Assembly: GCA_964649695.1 (NCBI GenBank)
Contig: CAZYQO010000002.1
Location: 66,728-130,727 of the forward strand
DNA from: an uncultured Candidatus Peribacteria bacterium
Lineage (GTDB): Bacteria; Patescibacteriota; Gracilibacteria; Peribacterales; Peribacteraceae
Length of the DNA: 64,000 nucleotides
Direction of reading: 5' to 3'
The position numbers were made by a program, and so were the translations under genes. Shown here one piece after another: positions 24,472-32,904 of the stretch. Each line of letters starts with the position of its first letter. Positions within the stretch are counted from its first letter, which is position 1. The notes beneath the pieces were generated by a model. It saw only the letters and a list, made by a program, of their open reading frames with translations, ran no database searches and had not been told where the DNA came from.

Positions 24472-24500
24472 ATTGTGAGCATTATGTGGCAAATTGTCAA
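24472..24500 (-). promoter_or_regulatory. Sigma70-like promoter TTGACA-N17-CACAAT
   Basis: On the minus strand, TTGACA (24495-24500) and CACAAT (24472-24477) are spaced 17 nt apart. ATG 24456 lies 15 nt downstream of the -10. Confidence 0.45.
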
Positions 24501-24620
24501 TCTTTCATTACTTTTTCTTTTACTCTTGATCAATAGTCAAACGTGTCTAATGGATAGTGCTTATAGCCACCTCGTCGCCGAAGTCGAATCCCGCTAGGCT
24601 CTGCGCTCATCATTTCTCCT

Positions 24621-26060
24621 ATGTCCACAACACACCCTCCCCGCGACGCCCGTTGGCTCGCTCTCATTGTCCTTTGCCTTGGAGTGCTCATGATTGTGCT
24701 CGATTCCACGATCGTGAACGTTGCATTGCCGTCGATCCGCGAAGATCTGGGCTTTTCACAGACCTCGCTCGCCTGGGTGGTGAATGCCTACATGCTCACA
24801 TTTGGCGGGTTTTTGCTTCTGAGCGGCCGCCTGGGTGACCTCTATGGTAATCGCAGGGTGTTTTTGGCCGGCATCGCGCTGTTCACCGCGGCATCGCTTG
24901 CCTGCGGGCTTGCGCAGTCGCAGGTGGCACTGATCGCCGCCCGCGCCATCCAAGGCTTCGGGGGTGCTGTGGTCACATCGGTGGCTCTGTCGCTCATCAT
25001 GACCATGTTCACGGAGGAGGGGGAACGTGCAAAGGCGATGGGTATCTACGGGTTTGTCTGTTCGGGAGGGGGGAGCATCGGCGTGCTGCTTGGGGGGCTT
25101 TTGACCGGCAGTTTTAACTGGCACTGGATCTTCCTCGTCAATATCCCGATTGGCTTGGGCGTGTGCCTGCTTTCCCTGTGGCTGCTGCCCAAGGCGGCCG
25201 ATCGCGGTGTCGGGAAGCTCGACGTGACCGGAGCCATTCTGGTCACGACCTCCGTCATGTTGGCGGTCTATGCCATCGTGAACGGCAACGATGTGGGATG
25301 GATGACTCATCAGACATTGGGGATGCTTGCTGCCGCAGCGCTGCTGATGGTGACATTTCTCTGGACGGAATCACGCGTGCATTCGCCACTGATCCCCCTC
25401 AAGCTGTTTCGCCTGCGTAACGTGGTTGTCGCCAATATCGCCGGAGTCCTGTGGGCGGCCGCGATGTTTGCCTGGTTCTTCATCTCTGCGCTCTATCTGC
25501 AGCTGGTGTTGGGTTACAGCCCGCTGCAGGTCGGCCTGTCGTTCCTGCCGGCCAACCTGATCATGGCGGCGTTCTCGCTCGGTCTCTCCGCGCGTCTGGT
25601 GATCCGTTTTGGCACGCGTCTGCCCCTGTTTGTGGGGTTGGCACTGGCTTCCGTCGGTCTTGGCCTGTTCGCTTTCGCACCCACGAACGGGGGATTTGTC
25701 GCGCATGTGCTGCCCAGCATGATCCTGCTCGGGTTCGGTGGCGGCATCGCCTTCAACCCCTTGCTGCTGTCGGCCATGAGCGATGTGAAACCGCAGGAAT
25801 CGGGCTTGGCATCCGGTGTGGTGAATACCGCCTTCATGATGGGTGGCGCTGTGGGTCTCGCGATCCTGGCGAGTCTGGCAGCCCTGCGCACCGCGTCACT
25901 GACTGCAGCCGGCGTCGACCCGCTGATGGCTCTGAACGGCGGATACCATGCGGCATTCCTGCTGGGCGCCTGCAGCGCGCTGTGTGCCGCGCTCCTCGGC
26001 GGGCTGTTTTTGCGGGAGTCCAAAGGTCATGGGGCAGCGCACGGAGGCCACATGGGCTGA
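24621..26060 (+). CDS. MFS transporter, DHA2 (EmrB/QacA-type, 14-TMS) drug:H+ antiporter family
   Basis: 479 aa. N-terminal LIVLCLGVLMIVLDSTIVNVALPSI, motif LSGRLGDLYGNRRVF, and about 14 hydrophobic segments. Confidence 0.85.
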   Translation: MSTTHPPRDARWLALIVLCLGVLMIVLDSTIVNVALPSIREDLGFSQTSLAWVVNAYMLTFGGFLLLSGRLGDLYGNRRVFLAGIALFTAASLACGLAQSQVALIAARAIQGFGGAVVTSVALSLIMTMFTEEGERAKAMGIYGFVCSGGGSIGVLLGGLLTGSFNWHWIFLVNIPIGLGVCLLSLWLLPKAADRGVGKLDVTGAILVTTSVMLAVYAIVNGNDVGWMTHQTLGMLAAAALLMVTFLWTESRVHSPLIPLKLFRLRNVVVANIAGVLWAAAMFAWFFISALYLQLVLGYSPLQVGLSFLPANLIMAAFSLGLSARLVIRFGTRLPLFVGLALASVGLGLFAFAPTNGGFVAHVLPSMILLGFGGGIAFNPLLLSAMSDVKPQESGLASGVVNTAFMMGGAVGLAILASLAALRTASLTAAGVDPLMALNGGYHAAFLLGACSALCAALLGGLFLRESKGHGAAHGGHMG

Positions 26061-26119
26061 CACAAAGGGCTACTCAGACAGCGCCGATCTCCCTATGATG
26101 CGCGCTCCCTTCTCTCTCC

Positions 26120-27571
26120 ATGAGCCACGGCGATGTCATCCTCCGGTTCCAAGATGTGACGTTTCACTACGATCACCATAAGCCCATTTTGGATGCGGCG
26201 AGTTTTTCGGTGCGCGAGAACGCCAAATTGACGATCATGGGGCAAAACGGTGCCGGCAAAAGCACCCTGTTCAAACTGATCACCAAGGCGCTCAAACCGC
26301 AGGAAGGGGAGATCCACATCCAGCGGGGTGCGACCATCGGCATCGCCAAGCAGGTGATTGCCCATGAGGATCTCCAAAAGACGGTGTGGGAGTTCTTTTC
26401 CGGCGCGTTTGCCATGGAGCCCGGGGATCTTGAACGACACATCTCACGCGTGTTGGAGGTGGTGCACTTGAAGGCCGATCACGACAAAAAGCTCAGTGCC
26501 TTCTCCGGCGGGCAAAAGGCGCGTCTGCTGCTGGCCTACGCGCTGATCCAGGAGCCCGATATTCTGCTTCTTGATGAGCCGACCAACAACCTGGATGCGG
26601 AGGGCATCGACCATCTGACGAGCTTCCTGATCATGTATGACAAGACCTGCATCGTCATTTCCCATGATGCTGCCTTCCTGAACAGTTTTACCGAGGGTGT
26701 GCTGCATCTCGATTCGCATACGCACAAAGTGGAGCAGTTCGTGGGCGATTATTATGACGTGGTGGAGAAGATCCAGGAACAGATCGAACGGGAGCAGAGC
26801 CAGAATGCGCGCATGGAGAAGGCGATCATTGACCAGAAAGAGAAGATCAACTTCTTCTCCCACAAGGGAGGAAAGATGCGCAAATTGGCCAGCAAGATGC
26901 GCGATGCCGTTGCCGAGGCTGAAGAAAACAAGGTTGATGTGCGCCGCGAAGACAAAACCATCCCCGACTTCACCATCGAAGCGGAGCCCTTCACGCTGCC
27001 CCTGGTGCAGATGAGCTCGGTCACGATCATGCAGAACCACAAACCCACGAAGAAGAAGGTGGAAGTGACCGTGCGCCGCCGGCATCGTCTGTTGATCACC
27101 GGTCCCAATGGCATCGGCAAGAGCTCATTGCTCGAGGCGCTGGCCAACGGCACGGAGAAGGGGGCGGTCATGACCCCCGGGGTAAACGTCGGCTACTACC
27201 GTCAGGACTTCTCGGGGTTGCCGATGGACAAGACCGTGTATCAAATCCTGGAGGATGCCATGGCCAAGCCCAACAAAGAGACCATCTATGCCACGGCTGC
27301 GCGCTTCCTTCTGCCCGGTGACAAGCTGCAGACGAAGGCTATTGCCCTTTCGGAGGGGCAGAAGGGTCTCCTGTGTTTTGCACGCTTCACACTGCAAAAG
27401 CCGACACTTCTCATCCTTGATGAGCCGACCAATCACATTAACTTCCGTCACTTGCCTGTGATCGCCCGCGCCCTCAACGAGTACGAAGGGGGAATGATCC
27501 TGGTCAGCCACGATCAGGAATTTGTCTCACAGGTGCAGACCAACGAAGAGCTGGATCTGGGGGCGCTGTAA
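26120..27571 (+). CDS. ABC-F family ATPase (two tandem ABC domains, no TM domain)
   Basis: Walker A GQNGAGKSTLF and GPNGIGKSSLL. Signatures LSGGQKARLLLA and LSEGQKGLLCFA. Walker B LLLDEPTNNLD and LILDEPTNHIN. Charged inter-domain linker. Confidence 0.85.
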   Translation: MSHGDVILRFQDVTFHYDHHKPILDAASFSVRENAKLTIMGQNGAGKSTLFKLITKALKPQEGEIHIQRGATIGIAKQVIAHEDLQKTVWEFFSGAFAMEPGDLERHISRVLEVVHLKADHDKKLSAFSGGQKARLLLAYALIQEPDILLLDEPTNNLDAEGIDHLTSFLIMYDKTCIVISHDAAFLNSFTEGVLHLDSHTHKVEQFVGDYYDVVEKIQEQIEREQSQNARMEKAIIDQKEKINFFSHKGGKMRKLASKMRDAVAEAEENKVDVRREDKTIPDFTIEAEPFTLPLVQMSSVTIMQNHKPTKKKVEVTVRRRHRLLITGPNGIGKSSLLEALANGTEKGAVMTPGVNVGYYRQDFSGLPMDKTVYQILEDAMAKPNKETIYATAARFLLPGDKLQTKAIALSEGQKGLLCFARFTLQKPTLLILDEPTNHINFRHLPVIARALNEYEGGMILVSHDQEFVSQVQTNEELDLGAL

Positions 27572-27576
27572 GCGTC

Positions 27577-28053
27577 CTACGCAGGGCGCATGCTTTGCTG
27601 GAGAGCCTGGATCTTCCGCAGCAGGGTATCGTCTTTCTCAAAGGCATTTGCCAGATGTTTGGCTTCTGCGGCAGCCAGGACGAGTGAGTGCCCAATCTTC
27701 TGGTAGTCAGGGGTCGGCAGCTGATGTTCCGCGGTCGCAGCGGCAATGTGGTGATTGCAGACCAGTGTGAGCAGTCGGGTGTAGAGCTTATCCACCTCTG
27801 GGATGCCTGGCTGCTCCATTGCGTCGCGATAGGCGAGCACTTCGCCCACGCTTTCTACGTGCCTCACAATGTCTGGAAGGAGTTCCGTGGGGGATTCGAC
27901 GAAAGCCGCTGCTGCAGCCACCACACGACGGTCACTTTCGCTATCGAGCGCCTCTCCGTTCAGGATGTTGTGTATGGCAGCGGAAATTACTCCTGTCTCT
28001 ACGGCGGGAATCTTTCCCGGCTCTTCGGGTTGCTGCTCTGCAGGTGTATTCAT
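27577..28053 (-). CDS. Hypothetical protein
   Basis: 158-aa ORF with backbone-like composition and no recognised motif. A TATAAT box lies 6 nt upstream of the ATG. Confidence 0.5.
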   Translation of the reverse strand: MNTPAEQQPEEPGKIPAVETGVISAAIHNILNGEALDSESDRRVVAAAAAFVESPTELLPDIVRHVESVGEVLAYRDAMEQPGIPEVDKLYTRLLTLVCNHHIAAATAEHQLPTPDYQKIGHSLVLAAAEAKHLANAFEKDDTLLRKIQALQQSMRPA

Positions 28054-28159
28054 AATATGATTATATCATATTTATGATATTTTTGCTTTACGCAGGGAAA
28101 AGTGGGGTTTTTGTTGTACCAAAAAGAATCAACGAAAGGGGTCGGATCGATGTGATTAA

Positions 28160-28594
28160 TCAGGCAGGCACTTGTTCGTGTCCGGCTTTCGCTTCTGCAT
28201 ATTTCTTGAAATGATCGAGAATCGCTTGCCATCCCTGCCGCTGCATCTCTTCAGGGTTTTCCGATTCGGGTTCAAAGCATTCGGTGATATGCGTTTTGCC
28301 GTTCATTTCATCAAAGGTTGTCCTGACTTTTCTGTCGTCTCCCAGGGTGTATTCGATGCGCTTGAGGTGCTCCACCTTGGTGTAGACGCCTCCCAAATCA
28401 AATCCGACACTCCCATCTTTCGCCTCCATGCGGAAGACAAAGCTGCCGCCGTCGCGAAGATCATTGGTCGCTCTGGGCGTATGCCAATCGTCCGATGCAT
28501 TGTTCCAGTGCACGATGTGCTCAGGGCTCGTCCAATAGTCCCATACCTGGGTGACAGGTGCGTTGACGAGTGTTTCAATCGTGATGGGTGCCAT
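28160..28594 (-). CDS. SRPBCC superfamily protein (AHSA1/Aha1-like domain)
   Basis: 144 aa. IETLVNAPVTQVWDYWTSPEHIVHWN ... GGSFVFRMEAKDGS ... WQAILDHFKKYAE is typical of PF08327-type proteins. Confidence 0.8.
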   Translation of the reverse strand: MAPITIETLVNAPVTQVWDYWTSPEHIVHWNNASDDWHTPRATNDLRDGGSFVFRMEAKDGSVGFDLGGVYTKVEHLKRIEYTLGDDRKVRTTFDEMNGKTHITECFEPESENPEEMQRQGWQAILDHFKKYAEAKAGHEQVPA

Positions 28595-28611
28595 AGGCTT
28601 GTTGGAGCTCC

Positions 28612-28980
28612 TTATGGGAGTTTATTCGAACTCAGAACAGAATTGTATCGTTGGTTGAATTCCTCAAAAACTGCAGCGGATTTTGACTGTTTATCTCTAA
28701 AATAAAGAATAGTAACGCTTTCTATGACCATTTGAAGGTGTCCTAAGATGTCATGCCTCTTCATGGAGACCCGAATCTCATCCGTAATTACAGCTATTTT
28801 CGTGACAGCCATTGCACGGCAAAGAGAATCAACAACTTCGCCATCTTTCTCAAGGAGAAACGGTTCCTCGCCAACTTCATTGCACTCCAGATCAATATCA
28901 GTAAGCATTTTTCGTACCTCTGTTTCGGATTCGACTGCCGCATTTATAAAAGCATGCCAATGATCTATGGAACTGTTCAT
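28612..28980 (-). CDS. Hypothetical protein in an AT-rich patch next to tRNA-Gly
   Basis: 122-aa ORF preceded by TTGACA-N17-TTAATA-N5-ATG. No family recognised. Confidence 0.5.
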   Translation of the reverse strand: MNSSIDHWHAFINAAVESETEVRKMLTDIDLECNEVGEEPFLLEKDGEVVDSLCRAMAVTKIAVITDEIRVSMKRHDILGHLQMVIESVTILYFRDKQSKSAAVFEEFNQRYNSVLSSNKLP

Positions 28981-28985
28981 GTATC

Positions 28986-29014
28986 TATTAAACCACTTGT
29001 ATTATTTGTGTCAA
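28986..29014 (-). promoter_or_regulatory. Sigma70-like promoter TTGACA-N17-TTAATA, leaderless geometry
   Basis: On the minus strand, TTGACA is at 29009-29014 and TTAATA at 28986-28991. Only 5 nt separate the -10 from ATG 28980. Confidence 0.5.
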
Positions 29015-29155
29015 TTTTAGCTCCTTATGAGAGCTTATCGGTTCGGCTTCGTCTCGCCGAGGCTCGGCTACGCCGTGGCATCAGTCTTCTTTTGGTTGTT
29101 TTTGGCTTTGCGAAAATCCCGGCGTAGTTCCATTCACAAATGGAACGAAGACGGT

Positions 29156-29229
29156 TGGAGCGGGTAGCGGGAATCGAACCCGCGTCCTCAGCTTGGAAGG
29201 CTGATGTACTACCATTGTACGATACCCGC
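29156..29229 (-). tRNA. tRNA-Gly (anticodon UCC), CCA encoded
   Basis: Hand-folded cloverleaf: GCGGGTA/TACCCGC acceptor, anticodon arm TCAGC-CTTCCAA-GCTGA, T-arm GCGGG-TTCGATT-CCCGC, terminal TCCA. Confidence 0.9.
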
Positions 29230-29260
29230 TTGCGGCAAAGAGCCTGAGCATTGTAAGGAC

Positions 29261-29548
29261 TCACTGGCGTCCTGCAACCTCCAAAATGCGTTGTGGATCG
29301 GGTTTTGCAAAAGGATTACACCGCAGGATACGCCAGAAGCTGAGCAGCAGCCCGATTACCGCGCCGCGCCGCAGGATCGCCTGTTTTGCATACATGGAGC
29401 AGGTGGGCGAGTGGCGGCAGTAGCCGTAGGGAAACAGTGCTTTGAGTGGTCCGTGATCCGGTGAGAAGGTGGCTTGGTAGATGTCGATCAGCACTACAAG
29501 AACGCGTCGAGGCAAAGTCCAGATGGTGATGGCCAGATTGCGAAGCAT
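29261..29548 (-). CDS. yidD: Membrane protein insertion efficiency factor YidD
   Basis: LIDIYQATFSP......CRHSPTCSMYAKQAILRRGAVIGLLLSFWRILRCNPF. Start uncertain (ATG at 29548, 29584 or 29638). Confidence 0.8.
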   Translation of the reverse strand: MLRNLAITIWTLPRRVLVVLIDIYQATFSPDHGPLKALFPYGYCRHSPTCSMYAKQAILRRGAVIGLLLSFWRILRCNPFAKPDPQRILEVAGRQ

Positions 29549-29573
29549 TGCAGCTATGGTAGCGTAGGCACCG

Positions 29574-29843
29574 ATGTTGGACATCGCGTGGACAACACAG
29601 GGGATCTTGAGCGCCCTCTTTGCCGTCGTGGCGGTCATGCTTATCGTGGTGCTGTATCACGTGTTGTTCATTGTGGCCGACCTGCGACGCGTTGTGCGCC
29701 GCGCCGAGCGCATCACCCGCGAGTTGCAGGCCGTGTTGCTCAAGCCGCTGGCCGTGACCGATGAGATCTTGGCCTGGATCCTCCACACCGTACAAAAGCA
29801 CCCCAAAGCCAAGAAGGCGGAGTTCAAGAAGACCAACGTTTAA
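29574..29843 (+). CDS. Small membrane-anchored protein (one N-terminal TM plus helical tail)
   Basis: 89-aa ORF. TM ILSALFAVVAVMLIVVLYHVLFIV is followed by a charged helix. It overlaps only the dubious upstream extension of yidD. Confidence 0.45.
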   Translation: MLDIAWTTQGILSALFAVVAVMLIVVLYHVLFIVADLRRVVRRAERITRELQAVLLKPLAVTDEILAWILHTVQKHPKAKKAEFKKTNV

Positions 29844-29846
29844 TCC

Positions 29847-30347
29847 TCAGAGGATCGGCTGCTTGTCGATGAAGACTTTGATGAACAGCCTGCGCAGCAC
29901 CTCGTAGGATGCTTCGAAGATTTCGTGCAGCAGCGCATGCAGACGGCGCAGGCGCGTGTAGAGCTCGTTGAGACGAAAGGCACCTCCCGGATCGCGCAGG
30001 CGAGTGACGCGCTTAATCTCTTTGCGCAGCTCCTTCACTTCCTGCAGCACATGTGCCTCGAGCTGGCGCATCATCAGTGGGGGGAGCGGGAGATTGGCGA
30101 TGGCCTGGTCGCGGGGGGATTGTGCGGTTGCCTTGCTGCCGGTCTGAGCAACGGCAGTGCCACCCGAAGCGCCGCTCCAGTCGCCGGACCGATCTTCGCC
30201 GGTCTTCTCACTGATACGGTCGATCTCCTCCAAGAGCGTCATCATGCCTTCCAGGTGGGGCAGTTTCTGCGGCTGTGAAACAGATGCGGGCGCCTGTTCG
30301 AGGTGGCCGCCCGAGCCTTCTGCGGTGAGGGTTGTTTGCGTCACCAT
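29847..30347 (-). CDS. Hypothetical protein
   Basis: 166-aa ORF with a helical C-terminal half and no recognised motif. Confidence 0.45.
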   Translation of the reverse strand: MVTQTTLTAEGSGGHLEQAPASVSQPQKLPHLEGMMTLLEEIDRISEKTGEDRSGDWSGASGGTAVAQTGSKATAQSPRDQAIANLPLPPLMMRQLEAHVLQEVKELRKEIKRVTRLRDPGGAFRLNELYTRLRRLHALLHEIFEASYEVLRRLFIKVFIDKQPIL

Positions 30348-30443
30348 TACCTACTATTTTCCGCTTTTTTGAGCCAAAAAGCAAGGTTTGGCTCTGGAAG
30401 CGGGCTCTTGCGGCGCCCCTCCAGGCTGCCGTACCGTGGATCT

Positions 30444-30782
30444 ATGACTGCCGAACAGACCATCTTTCACCGGATTTTGGCACGCGAAGTGCCGGCAACG
30501 ATCGTCTACGAGGACGACCATGCCATGGGATTTCTGGATATCCATCCCAAGGCACCCACCCATGTGCTGTTTGTGCCCAAGGAATTCGTGGCATCGGTCG
30601 CCGACTTGTCTGAGGATACGGCGCACATCCCCGGCGAACTGCTGCTGGCTGCAAAAACGTTTGCCGATCAGCAGGGGATCACGGGCTACAACCTCCAGGT
30701 CAATGTTGGCAAAGGCGGCGGACAGGAGGTGTTCTACCTGCACGTGCATTTTCTCAGTCAGCAGAAGATGAAGACGGTCTAA
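30444..30782 (+). CDS. HIT family (histidine triad) nucleotide hydrolase
   Basis: MTAEQTIFHRILAREVPATIVYEDDHAMGFLDIHPKAPTHVLFVPKE ... FYLHVHFLS (HxHxHxx). Confidence 0.85.
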   Translation: MTAEQTIFHRILAREVPATIVYEDDHAMGFLDIHPKAPTHVLFVPKEFVASVADLSEDTAHIPGELLLAAKTFADQQGITGYNLQVNVGKGGGQEVFYLHVHFLSQQKMKTV

Positions 30783-31429
30783 CAGAGTGCCCGAAGCGCT
30801 TCTTCCGTGAGGTCGTTGAGACTGCGGATGTGGTGATCGGCCTGTGAGAGATCCTGCTCGGTGTTCATATCGGTGTGGATGGCAATGCAGGTCATGCCGG
30901 CTGCTTTGGCGGCTGCAACGCCGTTTTTGGAGTCTTCGAGTGCGATGCATTGTGCGGGCGGCGTCTCCAGCAGGGTGGCGGCAAGCAGGTAGACATCGGG
31001 CAGGGGCTTGGTGCGGTGTTCCACGTCTTCGGCCACACAGACGGTCTCGAAGGTCTCCTGCAGGTGGTGCTGCTCGAGGCAGGTGCGTACCCATTCGCGG
31101 CGCGAGGAGGAGGCGATGCCCAGGCGCAGACCCAGGTTTCCCAGTCGCGCGATCAGCGGCAGCAGACCGGGCAGCGGCTTGGCCAGATCGCGGTACACGG
31201 TGATCACCGCCTGGTTCAGCTTGCGGTCGTACTCCTCGAAATCCACCACGAGCCCATAGTCGCTACAGAGCTTGTCGTAAACGGCACGCACGCCGAGCCC
31301 CATGACATTGGCGCCGTCGCCCTCGGTCCACCCGGGGATGAAGGAGGCGAAAAACGAGGTATCCAGCCGCTTCCAGTAGCGTTCGCTATCGACCACCACG
31401 CCGTCGAAATCGAAGATGAATGCGCCCAT
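30779..31429 (-). CDS. HAD-IA family hydrolase (beta-phosphoglucomutase-like)
   Basis: FIFDFDGVVVDSE (DxD motif I), GIASSS (motif II), EDSKNGVAAAKAAGM (motif III/IV). Confidence 0.8.
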   Translation of the reverse strand: MGAFIFDFDGVVVDSERYWKRLDTSFFASFIPGWTEGDGANVMGLGVRAVYDKLCSDYGLVVDFEEYDRKLNQAVITVYRDLAKPLPGLLPLIARLGNLGLRLGIASSSRREWVRTCLEQHHLQETFETVCVAEDVEHRTKPLPDVYLLAATLLETPPAQCIALEDSKNGVAAAKAAGMTCIAIHTDMNTEQDLSQADHHIRSLNDLTEEALRALC

Positions 31430-31495
31430 AGAGGAGGCCAGCGTATCACAAAAGAGCCGGACAACACTGCCCGGCTCCCGTGAGCTTTTCGATGC

Positions 31496-32713
31496 TTAGG
31501 CCTCTTCGGATTCGTCCTTCTTGGCCTTTTTCTTCTCTTCTTTGGGCTCCTTGTCCTCGGCTTCCGCTGCGGCCTTTGCCTCTTCCTCCTCGCGCTCCTT
31601 CTTAATGCGCTCCATCGTCTCCTTGTCGATGGGCTGGAGAGCCTTGAGTGAGAGACCGATGCGGCGCTCGTCGATGTCGATCGAGATCACCTGGGCTTCG
31701 ATCTTCTGGCCGATCGTCAGCACCTGGGACGGGTCGGTCACCTTGTGGTGGGCGAGCTCCGTGAGGTGGATGAGACCGTTGATGTCCTTCTCGAGGCGGA
31801 CAAATGCGCCGTAGTCGGCGAAGCGCACCACCGTACCGCTCACCTTGCGGCCGACGGGGAAGCGCTCGGCAACCTCTGCCCACGGATCCTCCGTGAGCTG
31901 CTTGATACTGAGTGAGAGCTTGTCGCCGTCGACACCGATGACCTTTACGGTCACGCGGTCACCCATTTCGGCGAACTCGGAGGGGTTCTTGACGTGTCCC
32001 CAGGCGATTTCGGAGATGTGGACGAGACCCTCGAGGCCGTCGAACGTCACGAACATGCCGAACTTCACGATACCGCTGACCACACCTTCCTTCACGGAGC
32101 CGATCTTGAGACCTTCCAGCGACTTGGCACGCTCCTCGGCCATGGCGTCGCGCTCGGATACCACGATCTTTCCGGCTTCCTGATCCATGGTCATGATCTT
32201 CACCGTGAAGGTGTGACCGATGAACTTCTGGAGGCGGGAGATGATTTCGGTGGACTCGGCGTTGTTCACGCGCGGGTAGTGCATCGGGGCGAGCTGGCTG
32301 ACCGGGAGGAAGGCGCGGATGCCGTCGATGTTGGCAATGAGACCGCCCTTGTTGGCTTCCTGAGCCGTGAACTTCATGGTGCCTTCCTGCTCGATCATCT
32401 TGTGGAACTTCTCCCAGGCCTTCTTCTGGCTGGCCATGCGGAGGGAGAGGACGACCAACCCTTCGTCGTTTTCCTCTTCGAGCACGAGAGCGGACACTTC
32501 ATCGCCCTCCTTGAGGTCGCGGAAGGTGTGGAAGGAGTCGCGCAGTTCGCGACCGGAAATGATGCCGGTGGCCACGCCGCCGATATCGATGAGGAGTTTG
32601 TTCTTGCCGCGGTGCACAACAGCACCTTCAACCATCTCACCGGGCTTGGCGCGGAAGACCTCGGGAGAACTCGGGAGCAGCTGCTCCATGACGGCCATAG
32701 ACTTTTTTGCCAT
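31496..32713 (-). CDS. rpsA: 30S ribosomal protein S1 (multiple S1 domains) with acidic/Lys-rich tail
   Basis: Repeated S1 OB-fold blocks (G.V..V...G..V.L..G..G..H.SE). Start placed at ATG 32713 (MAKKSMAVMEQ). Confidence 0.85.
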   Translation of the reverse strand: MAKKSMAVMEQLLPSSPEVFRAKPGEMVEGAVVHRGKNKLLIDIGGVATGIISGRELRDSFHTFRDLKEGDEVSALVLEEENDEGLVVLSLRMASQKKAWEKFHKMIEQEGTMKFTAQEANKGGLIANIDGIRAFLPVSQLAPMHYPRVNNAESTEIISRLQKFIGHTFTVKIMTMDQEAGKIVVSERDAMAEERAKSLEGLKIGSVKEGVVSGIVKFGMFVTFDGLEGLVHISEIAWGHVKNPSEFAEMGDRVTVKVIGVDGDKLSLSIKQLTEDPWAEVAERFPVGRKVSGTVVRFADYGAFVRLEKDINGLIHLTELAHHKVTDPSQVLTIGQKIEAQVISIDIDERRIGLSLKALQPIDKETMERIKKEREEEEAKAAAEAEDKEPKEEKKKAKKDESEEA

Positions 32714-32904
32714 AGAAAAGGGGTGGTGCGAGGGGAGAAATAGGGAATCCGGTTCCCGCACGAGCAACCAGATGTGCGCCCAGTATGGCCACAGACCCCT
32801 TTGAAGTCAACAAAACCCGACGGAAAACTGCTTCAAAGGAAATGTCGCGAATGCAGGCGCTGCCTGCCCTGCGCTTGTCGTTGGGTGGGTTTTCCTCAGA
32901 TTCG

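Larger units (their letters stand above)
8900..24560. other. Low-GC compositional island (surface proteins, glycosylation genes, LRR proteins)
   Basis: Hand-counted 100-nt samples give 64% GC at 8401-8500, 52% at 8701-8800, 40% at 9001-9100, 32% at 17601-17700, and 64% at 35001-35100 (backbone). The right edge lies in the 24493-24620 intergenic region. Boundaries are approximate. Confidence 0.6.

Noticed and set aside
29025-29264. ORFs overlapping tRNA genes (29025-29264, 50095-50493, 50845-51090, 53045-53467, 53674-54066)
   Set aside because: Each spans a hand-folded tRNA gene. Their translations contain tRNA-derived peptides (e.g. GSIPATRS, VEGSNPSR) and are not plausible proteins.
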